Source: Polyangiaceae bacterium | Lineage (GTDB): Bacteria; Myxococcota_A; Polyangia; Polyangiales; Polyangiaceae | Assembly (NCBI GenBank): GCA_044376115.1 | Contig: JBILLK010000009.1 | Location: 256,001 to 320,000, forward strand | Direction of reading: 5' to 3' | Length of the DNA stretch: 64,000 nt | In this document: positions 16,360 to 26,417 of the stretch, piece by piece | Position numbering within the stretch: position 1 is the stretch's first letter | How the letters are laid out: each line of letters starts with the position of its first letter | Translations under genes and position numbers: made by a program | The notes under the pieces: generated by a model | Seen by the model: the letters and a program-made list of their open reading frames with translations, nothing else | Told to the model about the DNA's origin: nothing | Database searches by the model: none

Positions 16360-18588
16360 TCACTCGGTTGCATTCAGCCGGAAGCGACCGCGGGCCCAGC
16401 TTTCGATCTTCGCCAATTCACTATCGCTGAGGACGCGATTGGCGACGACTACAGCGCCGAGCGTGCCAGCAAAGCGAGTGTTGGGGCCGTAGTAACCGTT
16501 GCCGTCGAAGCTGCCACCGAGCCGGCTCCAGCTCCGTGGCGTCGAGTAGTCGGCGACGCCCGCGTCAATGCGTGCCCCATCGATCCAGGCGGTGACGGCG
16601 CCGTCCGCGGCGTGCGTCATGCCAACGACATGCACCGCACCGGGGCCCTCTTGTAGACCCTCGCCAGCCTCGATCCGTGCCCAAAGCGGTTCACCCGCAG
16701 GGCCGGTTCCAGCCTCGCGATTAGCCATTAGCAGCGAGCCCTGACTCACCCCAATTGAACTCGAGGGCATCCCTGTCTCGTCGGGGCCGCCGAGCACCGT
16801 TCCCACCGGCGCGTAGCTCTCGTCCCAGCCGCTGGGGTTCGGGAGGTAGGGCATTCGACCGACCCAAAGGACGGTTCGACCGCTCGGCTGTTGCTCGGAG
16901 GTCGCCAGTGCCAATACAGAGGTAGACCCATCAAAGTGGAGTCCCGGAGCGCCAGCTCCGAAGGCGTCCTCGACGCGTACTGGGCGAGCGTCATCCTGCT
17001 CTGCCTGCACCTCGAGCTCAGCCCCTCGTGGCGTCCAGCTGCGCACGGATGGCCCGCGAAAAGGGACGAGGCGCCAGGCTGATTTGTCGTCGCTAACGAA
17101 CGAGTAGTTCCCGCCGGAGTAAAGCAACGAGTCCTCCCGCACGGCCACGCCTTGCGCGTGCGACCCCGGAACCGGCGAGTCGACCGGGAGGGAAGCCCAG
17201 CTCTCACCATCATCGGAGTACCAGGCTTCATTCGCGTTGCCCGCAGCCCAACCGTTCTTGGGATCCCCTTGGGTATAACCAAATAGCGCCCAGAGCTTTC
17301 CGTCCCATACGACGACGTTGTGCCAGCCTTTGCCCGCCCAGGGCGGGTCGCTGTGACGCGTCCACTCAATGCCATCGGCCGTGGACCAAACCTCAGCGTG
17401 AAGTTCATGGCCTGCAACCTCGCGGTAGCGCGCGCAGCCAACGAGCCACATGCGGCCTTGGAACTCGACGAAGCTCTCGACCATCCCGCAGCCGGCCCAG
17501 CGCGCTTCGCTCTCGGGGCCATTGGCTGCGACCTGCGTCCAACGTTCACCGTCGGCGCTGCTCCAAAGGTCGTTGAAGTAGACGTAGTCTTCTTCTGGCC
17601 CGAGCAAGGTTTGCCCCCCTCCCATCCACAGTTTGCCAGCGAAGACGCCAGAGATTTGGAGGGCACGCGGTTGCCAGGGTGGTGCGCCGGGGAGCAGCAC
17701 TTGTTCCCAACTCAAGCCGTCGCTACTGCGCAATACGTCATGGTTGTAGAAGCCTTGATGGGTATCCCCACCGATGATCCAGAGCGCTTCATTGAACAGT
17801 AAGGTGCTATGCACATGACGTCGCTGGAACTGTGAATGCCCATGCTCGAGCTCGAGCGTCCAGGCGACTCCGTCAGGGCTCGACCAAACTTCATTGGTCG
17901 TGTTCTCCGGGGGATAAACCGTGCCGTCCGGTACCGTTGAAAAGCCATTGGGCTCTTGATAGCCGTTCCAGCCGCCGACCATCCAATAGCGGCCTGTCGC
18001 TGGTAGCCAGGTGGTGGTGTTGCCGTCACGCACGCGCCAAGCGGGATCGATCTCAGCCGTGAGCCGCTGCCATTCGTAATGCGTTTGCTCTTCCTCGAGC
18101 GCGAGGCCCGAAGCGGCGTCGAACAAGCTTGCACCCTCGAGCTCGGCCGGGCTCCAAACTTCGAGCGAGTAACTCGCATTGAGACCTTCGCGTTCGACTC
18201 GAAGCGTCGCGTTCGGGCCTGACGCTGGCGGTGAGACGAGCCACAAGCTCGAGTCGGAGAGCAGCTCGAAGGTCGCGGGCGCGCCGTCGATTGAAACCTG
18301 CAGGCTTTGATCGAAGCCTGTCCCTGTGACCCAAAGGCGTGATCCACCGAGCGGGTCGATGAGCGGTGGATCGACCGTTTCGAGCGCAAGCGCGAGCGCT
18401 CCTCCCGCCCCAGCGCTGCCGCCGCTTGCTGCGGCTCCGCCTGTTCCACCACCACCAGCCGACGCGGGGTCTGCATTACATGCAAGCAATTGCATTAGCC
18501 CTAAGCCGCCAAGCCATGCGCGCACGCCTACCGACCGAGCCCGCCGAGCGAGAAAATTCACCTCACCAAGGTATCGGAAAGGCGCCAC
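16360..18588 (-). CDS. Lipoprotein with IPT/TIG, Kelch-like propeller and LamG-like domains
   Basis: LLAC lipobox and Gly linker; GGSRLWVTGTGF (IPT); repeated W(M/I)xGG and WSSxDGxxW; FDG...NRVLSDSEL (LamG-like). Confidence 0.8.
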   Translation of the reverse strand: MAPFRYLGEVNFLARRARSVGVRAWLGGLGLMQLLACNADPASAGGGGTGGAAASGGSAGAGGALALALETVDPPLIDPLGGSRLWVTGTGFDQSLQVSIDGAPATFELLSDSSLWLVSPPASGPNATLRVEREGLNASYSLEVWSPAELEGASLFDAASGLALEEEQTHYEWQRLTAEIDPAWRVRDGNTTTWLPATGRYWMVGGWNGYQEPNGFSTVPDGTVYPPENTTNEVWSSPDGVAWTLELEHGHSQFQRRHVHSTLLFNEALWIIGGDTHQGFYNHDVLRSSDGLSWEQVLLPGAPPWQPRALQISGVFAGKLWMGGGQTLLGPEEDYVYFNDLWSSADGERWTQVAANGPESEARWAGCGMVESFVEFQGRMWLVGCARYREVAGHELHAEVWSTADGIEWTRHSDPPWAGKGWHNVVVWDGKLWALFGYTQGDPKNGWAAGNANEAWYSDDGESWASLPVDSPVPGSHAQGVAVREDSLLYSGGNYSFVSDDKSAWRLVPFRGPSVRSWTPRGAELEVQAEQDDARPVRVEDAFGAGAPGLHFDGSTSVLALATSEQQPSGRTVLWVGRMPYLPNPSGWDESYAPVGTVLGGPDETGMPSSSIGVSQGSLLMANREAGTGPAGEPLWARIEAGEGLQEGPGAVHVVGMTHAADGAVTAWIDGARIDAGVADYSTPRSWSRLGGSFDGNGYYGPNTRFAGTLGAVVVANRVLSDSELAKIESWARGRFRLNATE

Positions 18589-18691
18589 AGAAGACAGCGA
18601 AGCCCAACCTTGGGCAGATGCGTGAACAGCGCTGGCTTGCGGCCGAGTGCTCCGCCATAACTGCGCGACGATGCGTGTCTTTCAACAGCGA

Positions 18692-20245
18692 ATGGCCCAT
18701 GTTTCGAAGGCCGCGGCAACTAGCCGAACGTTCGTCTATCTGCCCTATGACCAGCTGACGACCGAGGTGGGGCCACTGTCCGCGCTACCAGCGAAGGAGC
18801 GCGGGATCGTCCTGGTCGAGAGCCGCGAGAAGCCCGAGCGTAGGCCGTATCACGCGCAGAAACTCGCGCTGCTGTTAGCGAATCAACGTCAATTCGCCTT
18901 GGAGCAGGCCGCGCAGGGCGCTGACGTGCGGCTCGTAGTCGCGGATACTTTTGCGGCCGCGCTCGAGCCGCTGGTTGCGCAGCTAGGGCCGCTACAAATG
19001 ATGGAAGCTGCCGAGCGCGAGTTGCGCGTCGAACTCGCGCCGTTGGTCGCGGCCCAAAAGCTGACTGTCGTGCCACACGCGGGCTTCCTCTCCACGCCAG
19101 CGGACTTCGCGGCAGCCTGTCCGAGCGCGCCTTACCGCATGGATGCGTTTTATCGCACTATCCGCAAGAAGACGGGCTGGCTCATGGAGAAGGGCAAACC
19201 GCGCGGTGGGAAGTGGAGTCACGACGCGGAGAACCGCAAAGCCTGGAAGGGCGAACCAGCGGCGCCAACGCCTCCGACGTTCGAGGCAGACGCGGTCACG
19301 CTCGAGGTGGTCGAGCTCGTTCGGACTCGCTACGCCCAGCACCCTGGTTCCATTGACGTCGCTTCGCTTCCCACCACCCGCAGCGATGCCGAGCGCTTGT
19401 GGGCATGGGCCAAGCAGGAATGCCTTTCGTGGTTTGGTCCTTTTGAAGACGCCATGTCGACTCGTTCGACCACGCTGTTTCACACGCGCATCTCAGCGCT
19501 CATGAACCTTCACCGACTGCTGCCGCGCAGGGTCTGTGAAGACGTCCTGGCGATGGACCTCCCGCTCGCCAGTCAAGAGGGCTTTATTCGACAGGTGCTC
19601 GGTTGGCGCGAGTTCGTTCGCCATGTGCACCGGGTGAGCGACGGGTTTCGTCGCGGCCCGGGTGGAGAGCCGGGGGGCAAGCCGTCCTTCCTCGGGGCGC
19701 ACGCGCCGTTACCGCCTGTGTTTTGGGGTGGCGCGCCGAGCGGCCTCCATTGCTTGGATACGGTGGTGGAGTCCGTTTGGAAGGAGGGCTACGGACACCA
19801 CATTACGCGCTTGATGGTGCTCTCGAACCTCGCGACGTTACTTGATATAGAACCGCGGGCTTTGGCCGATTGGTTCTGGGTTGCCTACACGGATGCCTAC
19901 GACTGGGTGGTAGAACCGAACGTCCTCGGTATGGGGACCTATGCGGTAGGCGAGCTGATGACTACCAAGCCGTATGTGTCCGGTGCCGGCTACATTGATA
20001 AGATGAGCGACTATTGTAAGTCCTGTCGCTTCGACCCAAAGTCCAATTGCCCAGTTACTCCGCTCTACTGGGCATTCCTTGAACGACATTCGGCGGCCTT
20101 AGTGGAGAACCCGCGGCTCTTCATGCCGATGAATGCGCTGAAGAAGCGTGCTGCGGAGAAGAAGCATGAAGACGCCGCGACCTTCGAGCGTGTGCGGTCT
20201 ACGCTCGCCGCTGGTCACCCGCTCGTTGGGCCAAAGGCCAGGTGA
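18692..20245 (+). CDS. Cryptochrome/photolyase-related protein, Fe-S bacterial class (PhrB/CryB-like)
   Basis: YDQL, HAQKL, GGKWSHDAENR, RQVLGWREF, HHITRLMV, DAYDWVV and TKPYVSG motifs; Cys in LHCL and YCKSC..CP. Confidence 0.92.
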   Translation: MAHVSKAAATSRTFVYLPYDQLTTEVGPLSALPAKERGIVLVESREKPERRPYHAQKLALLLANQRQFALEQAAQGADVRLVVADTFAAALEPLVAQLGPLQMMEAAERELRVELAPLVAAQKLTVVPHAGFLSTPADFAAACPSAPYRMDAFYRTIRKKTGWLMEKGKPRGGKWSHDAENRKAWKGEPAAPTPPTFEADAVTLEVVELVRTRYAQHPGSIDVASLPTTRSDAERLWAWAKQECLSWFGPFEDAMSTRSTTLFHTRISALMNLHRLLPRRVCEDVLAMDLPLASQEGFIRQVLGWREFVRHVHRVSDGFRRGPGGEPGGKPSFLGAHAPLPPVFWGGAPSGLHCLDTVVESVWKEGYGHHITRLMVLSNLATLLDIEPRALADWFWVAYTDAYDWVVEPNVLGMGTYAVGELMTTKPYVSGAGYIDKMSDYCKSCRFDPKSNCPVTPLYWAFLERHSAALVENPRLFMPMNALKKRAAEKKHEDAATFERVRSTLAAGHPLVGPKAR

Positions 20246-20250
20246 CGCAC

Positions 20251-21537
20251 TCACTGCTGAAAGCAATAGAGGCGATGCAGGATACCGCAGTTGCCGGAGT
20301 TGTTTTGCGCGTACGTCCAAGCGGTGCCCGTTTGGTCGCTCTGACCGGTCCACACCGAGCCCACGGTGGAGGTCCAGTTAACGCAGTATTCGGGCCCTTG
20401 TTGGTCGCCGTTCGGGGCGGTTGAGGTGAACGGCAGGTTTCCAGGGACTTGCACGCCGAACTCGGTGATGCGGAACGGGCTGCCGATCGTGCCGTCGGTC
20501 AAGTCGGCCCAGTTCGAGGCGATCACCGTGCCGTTGACGTAGGCGTAGGGAATGGAGGCTTGGGTGAAGCGGGCTGCTGCCGAGATGGTGGAGTCGGAGA
20601 GCCACGCGCGGTAGGTACCGGGCAATCCCGCTGCCTGGGCTCGGGTTTGACAGAACGCGTCAGCGCCGGCCAAGCCGCCGATGTTGCCGTTGGTGGTGGT
20701 GCTGGTTGTGAACGCGATTTTGCCGAGGGTGCACGTCCCGACGGTGTTGCAGAAGGCGTCGGCGGCGCAGTCGCTGTGCGCGCTGCACGACGTCTCGCAG
20801 GCAGTGCTGTTACCGGTACAGAGGAAGGCGCCGCACGCTGTCGTGTCGGAAGCAAAGCCGTCGGCGGGGCAGCTCGCTTCGCCGCTGCACTTCTCCTCGA
20901 GATCGCACACGTCAGCGGCCGCCCGACAGACCACCGCGGAATCGAGCAACACGTCGGCGGGGCAGTCGTTAGCGATGCCGTCACAGCTCTCCGCTACGTC
21001 GCAATCCCCAGCCGCCGCGCGGCACTCGGTTTCGACGGCCACTTTGTCATCGGTGGGGCACATACCGTCCACACACGCCTCAGCGAGATCGCAGACCCCC
21101 GCGGCCTCTCGACAGATCGTGGCATCGGGCAAAAGCTCGCAGGCGCCGTTGCCGTCGCAAACGTCGGCGATGCAGGGCGCCCCCGCGCAATCATCGTGAG
21201 GGTCATTGCCTTGCGCTGCTGCCGCGCACGTCCCCGAAGCTTCCCCTGTTTGGTCCTGACTGCAGGCAAAACAAAGGTCGGTGCACGCCGACTCGCAACA
21301 AACAGCGTCGACGCAGAACCCCGAGCCACACTCCTCGGCGGCTCCGCAGGCGATGCCAAGCTCCTTGGGCTCGGCACCACCTTCTCCACCCGACCCGCCA
21401 GCGGCGGCTCCGCCGCCGCCTTCTCCCGCCGTCCCGCCTTGTCCGCCCGTAGAAGGTGAACCTCCACTGCTACTGGAGTCATCGCCACAACCAACGCCCA
21501 ACAAGCCGACGAAAAGACAAGCAAAACGCACGCGCAT
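20251..21537 (-). CDS. Cys-rich lipoprotein with disintegrin-like repeats and a C-terminal DUF1554-like domain
   Basis: GVGC lipobox and Gly linker; three CR-x5-CD-x2-E-x-C repeats; GNIGGLAGADAFCQ..YRAWLS..LYCFQQ. Confidence 0.85.
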   Translation of the reverse strand: MRVRFACLFVGLLGVGCGDDSSSSGGSPSTGGQGGTAGEGGGGAAAGGSGGEGGAEPKELGIACGAAEECGSGFCVDAVCCESACTDLCFACSQDQTGEASGTCAAAAQGNDPHDDCAGAPCIADVCDGNGACELLPDATICREAAGVCDLAEACVDGMCPTDDKVAVETECRAAAGDCDVAESCDGIANDCPADVLLDSAVVCRAAADVCDLEEKCSGEASCPADGFASDTTACGAFLCTGNSTACETSCSAHSDCAADAFCNTVGTCTLGKIAFTTSTTTNGNIGGLAGADAFCQTRAQAAGLPGTYRAWLSDSTISAAARFTQASIPYAYVNGTVIASNWADLTDGTIGSPFRITEFGVQVPGNLPFTSTAPNGDQQGPEYCVNWTSTVGSVWTGQSDQTGTAWTYAQNNSGNCGILHRLYCFQQ

Positions 21538-21618
21538 TTGAACTCCGTTCTGTGACCTGTAGTGGTCCAACAGAACAGTGAGTCAAGTGACTTAATCGAT
21601 CGCAGGAATGTTGACTGT

Positions 21619-22700
<1,082 letters not shown>

Positions 22701-22701
<1 letters not shown>

Positions 22702-23603
22702 CAGACGTCCCTCTTCTTCAACAGGAAGGCCCCAAGCGCGGTGGGGATGCCGCCGAATAGCACACAGCTCAAGAGCCCGAGCGCGACCTTCTCGAAGCTG
22801 GGTGAGAGCAACATGCGATCGTACGAATTCGGATAGAGGGCGCTCAGTACAGCGGCCGTGCTGTCGTCGAGGTTCTTGCTGGAGCTGACGATGATGGCCG
22901 GGGTGAGCGAGCCCACGACGAAGATGAAGAAGAAGGTGAAGCCGACGATCAACAGCGAGGTGAGCGGCGTGCGGAAGAAGGAGCTGACGCACACGGCAAG
23001 GCCGCACCAGGCGCCGATGATCGGCACGGAGGCCAGCCAAAAGCGAATGCCCCAACTGACGACGTTGCCGGCGGAGGTATGCCCCTCGACGATCGCCACC
23101 ACCCACGTCAGAAGGTGCATGGCGAAGGTGATCACGCCGATCGTCGCCCAGAGGCCGAAGAACTTCCCGAGATAGAAGGAGGTCCGTCGCGTTCTCACGG
23201 TCCAATAGCGGATTGAACGGTGCTGGATCTCTCCCGAAATGCCGTCGAACGACGCCAACCAAACCAACGCTGGCGCGAGCCAAACGCAGAGGTTGAACAT
23301 CATCACCAACGAAAGCGGTGCGTCCCCGAGATACTTGCCCATGTCTGCGTCACGGAAGACGTCCGTAAAGACCTGGGCTTGAGCCTCTCTCACCGCCGCT
23401 GGATCCACGCCCTCCAACTTGCGCCGGAAGTAACGAACCAGCATCAGCGAGGTGGCCGTGCCGCCAATGAGCGAGAGCAGCAAAAGGATGATGCCCTTCA
23501 CGCCTCGCAGGTTCTTTTTCACTTCACGGCCGACGATGAGGCCGATTTCACTTAGGGGAGTCACGATTGGCCGGAGTCTCGTCGGGCCTCGTTGGTTGGT
23601 CAA
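22701..23603 (-). CDS. ABC-2 type permease
   Basis: About six TM helices; DGISGEIQHRSIRY..R..FYLGKF motif. Confidence 0.88.
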
Positions 23604-23636
23604 GCGCGCATCAACCGAAGCTCGATTTCTACAAGT

Positions 23637-23912
23637 TCAACTCTCGACGGCCTTTCGTATGGCCAATAGCGCACAGCGCGACCCCGCGAGAACGGCTTGT
23701 ACCGAAGGTGATTGGGCGGTCCACGTTTGTGCGCGCTGTTCGGCCGCGGGCTCGAGGCTCACCTCGGCGAAGCCTGCGCGACGAGCGTAAAGCTCCGCTG
23801 CTTCGCTCGCCTCGGATGCGATCGCGAGCTTGGCCACGGTGCGTTCGATCTGCGCTTGGCCAGCCGCTCCAATCTCACTCACCAGGATTTGGCGCACGAA
23901 GCGTGTGCTCAT
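23637..23912 (-). CDS. Small (91 aa) ThiF/MoeB-remnant protein
   Basis: MSTRFVRQILVSEIGAAGQAQI resembles the MoeB N-terminal RYxRQI..GQ helix. ATG overlaps the upstream stop (ATGA). Confidence 0.72.
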   Translation of the reverse strand: MSTRFVRQILVSEIGAAGQAQIERTVAKLAIASEASEAAELYARRAGFAEVSLEPAAEQRAQTWTAQSPSVQAVLAGSRCALLAIRKAVES

Positions 23913-24676
23913 TCGTACTCTCCGCAGGCCGGACCTGCATAGCGAGCTGCGTCTAACTCGCGGATCGAAGCGGCGCTGCCGCAAAGCTCGCAACCAACGC
24001 GCGTTCGGAAGCTGCGCGCGCGCAAGGTGTCGCTGCGCCCATCGAACGAGAAGAGGTTGGGCGTTGGGGTTTGACCGGCCAAGAGCTGCAGCGTCAGTTC
24101 GGCCGCGAGCGCTCCCGCGACGCCGCAAACGGGGCCGACGATCCCCGCCGTCGCGCAGTCGGGCGCTGGGCCGTCCGGCAGATCCTCGAACAGACAGCGG
24201 TAACACGGCCCGGAAGGTAGGCTCGCTAGCACGGTGGCGACCCAGCGCACCGAGGCCGCAGAAACCAGCGGACGCTGCGCGAGGAAGCAAGCGTCTGCGG
24301 CGAGGAAGCGGGTCGCGAAGTTGTCACTGGCGTCAACCACGAGGCTGGCCGAGCTGGCAAACCCGAGGGCGCTCTCCGGCAAGAAGCGCTCTTCCACCGC
24401 GTGGGTCTCGAGCTCCGGGGCGATCTCCCGGGCTCGGCGCGCGAGCGTAACCGCCTTGGGCGAACCGATATCCGCGTCGGCGAACAGCACTTGCCGATGC
24501 AGGTTCTCGAGCTCGACGCGGTCGTCGTCGACGATCACGAGCTCGAACTTCGACGTCTCCCCGGCGCGGACGGCTCGAGCCAGCGTCAACACGAACGGGT
24601 TGCCGATACCACCGGCTCCGATCAGCAGCACGCGCGGTAGCGAAGTCACCGAATCCGAATACACCATCGGTCCCAA
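23909..24676 (-). CDS. HesA/MoeB/ThiF family adenylyltransferase (E1-like) lacking the N-terminal helix
   Basis: GAGGIG, DDDRVELENLHRQ, DASDNF, PCYRC, PDCATAG and CELC. Start could be 24667 or 24649. Confidence 0.9.
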   Translation of the reverse strand: MGPMVYSDSVTSLPRVLLIGAGGIGNPFVLTLARAVRAGETSKFELVIVDDDRVELENLHRQVLFADADIGSPKAVTLARRAREIAPELETHAVEERFLPESALGFASSASLVVDASDNFATRFLAADACFLAQRPLVSAASVRWVATVLASLPSGPCYRCLFEDLPDGPAPDCATAGIVGPVCGVAGALAAELTLQLLAGQTPTPNLFSFDGRSDTLRARSFRTRVGCELCGSAASIRELDAARYAGPACGEYE

Positions 24677-24697
24677 AATGGGCCATCATTCGCCCCG

Positions 24698-26362
24698 ATG
24701 GCGTTCTTCCAGACCCCCCCAACGCTCGGCAACCAATACCACGATGACCGCGTACTCAAGCAGGTGCTGAGGCGCCTGTTGAAGGGCGAAGCTCACGCGA
24801 AAGTCGAGGCTGAACTGAGCGCGATGGGCGAGCTCGCAGGCGGCGAGCTCTTCGCTTTGCAACAACGTGATCGGCTGAACGAGCCGGTGCTTACGCAGTG
24901 GGACGCGTGGGGCAATCGCATCGACACCATCGAGCTGACCGAGCTGTGGAAGCGATGTGCCGTGGTTGCGGCGGAGCACGGCTTGGTCGCCACCGCGTAC
25001 GAGGGGGCGCTGGGGGGCCTCTCGCGCTTCAACCAATTTGCGCTGGCCTACTTGTTTGACGCCTCTAGCGATGTGTACACCTGTCCCTTGGCGATGACCG
25101 ATGGTGCCGCCGCGACGCTCAAGCACCACGGCGGTATCGCTTATGAAAAGGCCTTTCCTCGTTTGACGAGCCGCGACCCGGCGCAGATGTGGACGAGCGG
25201 CCAATGGATGACCGAGCGCACCGGCGGCTCCGACGTCGGGCTCACGCAGACCGAGGCAAGGGCGCTCGGAGACGGCACGTACGGGTTGCACGGCACCAAG
25301 TGGTTTACCAGCGCGACCACCGCACAAATGGCGCTCACGCTCGCTCGGCCGGAGGGCAACCCAGAAGGTGGCAAAGGCCTCGCGCTGTTCTTTCTCGAGG
25401 TGCGCGATGCGAACGGACAACTCAACGGACTGAGCCTCAATCGGCTCAAGGACAAGCTCGGTACGCGCAAGGTGCCGACCGCCGAGCTGACGCTTGCCGG
25501 TGCGCGGGCCATGCCGGTGAAGGGCCTGACGGACGGCATCCGCAACATCACGCCGATGCTCAATGTCACGCGCACCTGGAACGCTGTGGGAGCGTTGGCA
25601 GGAATGCGACGCGGGATCGCCTTGGCTCGAGACTACGCCCGCAGGCGCTATCAGTTCGGCTCGCTGCTTGCGGATAAGCCGCTCCACACCGACACGCTGG
25701 CGGGCATGCAGGCCGAGTTCGAAGCGGCGTTCATGCTCACCTTCCGCACGGTCGAACTGCTCGGGAAGGTTGAGCACGGTGAAGCGACGCCCGCTGAAGC
25801 GACGATGTTGCGCTTGTTGACGCCGCTGATGAAGCTCGTGACTGGAAAGCAGGCCGTCGCCGTTACGAGCGAAGCGATCGAGTGTTTTGGTGGTGCCGGC
25901 TACGTGGAGGACACCGGCCTGCCGCGCCTCGTTCGAGATGCGCAAGTCCTCAGCATTTGGGAGGGCACGACCAACGTGCTCTCGCTCGATGCGCTGCGCG
26001 CCATCGCCCGAGAAGGAGCCTTGCCGCCGCTCCTCGAGGAGATCGAGAGCTGCGCAAACGAGGCTGTCGTGGAGCTCAAAGAGGAGGCTGCGGCAGCGAA
26101 AGCCGCCGCCGCCCACGCCGCCGCCTGGCTTCAGGAGACGATGGCCTCCGAGCCCAACGCTGTCGAGGCTGGGGCCCGACGTTTTGCCCTCACCCTTGGA
26201 CGTGCGACCGAGCTTTCGCTGCTGGTCGCCCACGCTTCGTTCGCTCAGCGGGAACTCGGCGACGTGCGCAGTGTCTACGCCGCCAAACGTTTCTGTCGCA
26301 ATGGTATCGATCTCATTCGTTCATCGGATGCGGGTATGCGCGCACTTGCGATGGACGAGTGA
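24698..26362 (+). CDS. Acyl-CoA dehydrogenase family protein (AidB-like)
   Basis: CPLAMT, GQWMTERTGGSDV, RLKDKLGT, ECFGGAGYVE and SIWEGTTNV. Confidence 0.92.
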   Translation: MAFFQTPPTLGNQYHDDRVLKQVLRRLLKGEAHAKVEAELSAMGELAGGELFALQQRDRLNEPVLTQWDAWGNRIDTIELTELWKRCAVVAAEHGLVATAYEGALGGLSRFNQFALAYLFDASSDVYTCPLAMTDGAAATLKHHGGIAYEKAFPRLTSRDPAQMWTSGQWMTERTGGSDVGLTQTEARALGDGTYGLHGTKWFTSATTAQMALTLARPEGNPEGGKGLALFFLEVRDANGQLNGLSLNRLKDKLGTRKVPTAELTLAGARAMPVKGLTDGIRNITPMLNVTRTWNAVGALAGMRRGIALARDYARRRYQFGSLLADKPLHTDTLAGMQAEFEAAFMLTFRTVELLGKVEHGEATPAEATMLRLLTPLMKLVTGKQAVAVTSEAIECFGGAGYVEDTGLPRLVRDAQVLSIWEGTTNVLSLDALRAIAREGALPPLLEEIESCANEAVVELKEEAAAAKAAAAHAAAWLQETMASEPNAVEAGARRFALTLGRATELSLLVAHASFAQRELGDVRSVYAAKRFCRNGIDLIRSSDAGMRALAMDE

Positions 26363-26417
26363 CCGTCCTCTCGATGTACTGCAGTTCAAAACGAACGTAC
26401 CGGAGCTTCCTCGACCC

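Noticed and set aside
23637..24676. ThiF gene as part of a CBASS-type E1-E2 or RiPP cluster
   Set aside because: No E2, JAB, CD-NTase, YcaO or precursor peptide gene is adjacent.
25887..26417. Long N-terminal extensions in the ORF track (also 22702-23283, 56966-57484, 59938-60105, 43564-43671)
   Set aside because: Most overlap neighbouring genes and are low-information; downstream starts give proper signal peptides, RBSs or family N-termini.
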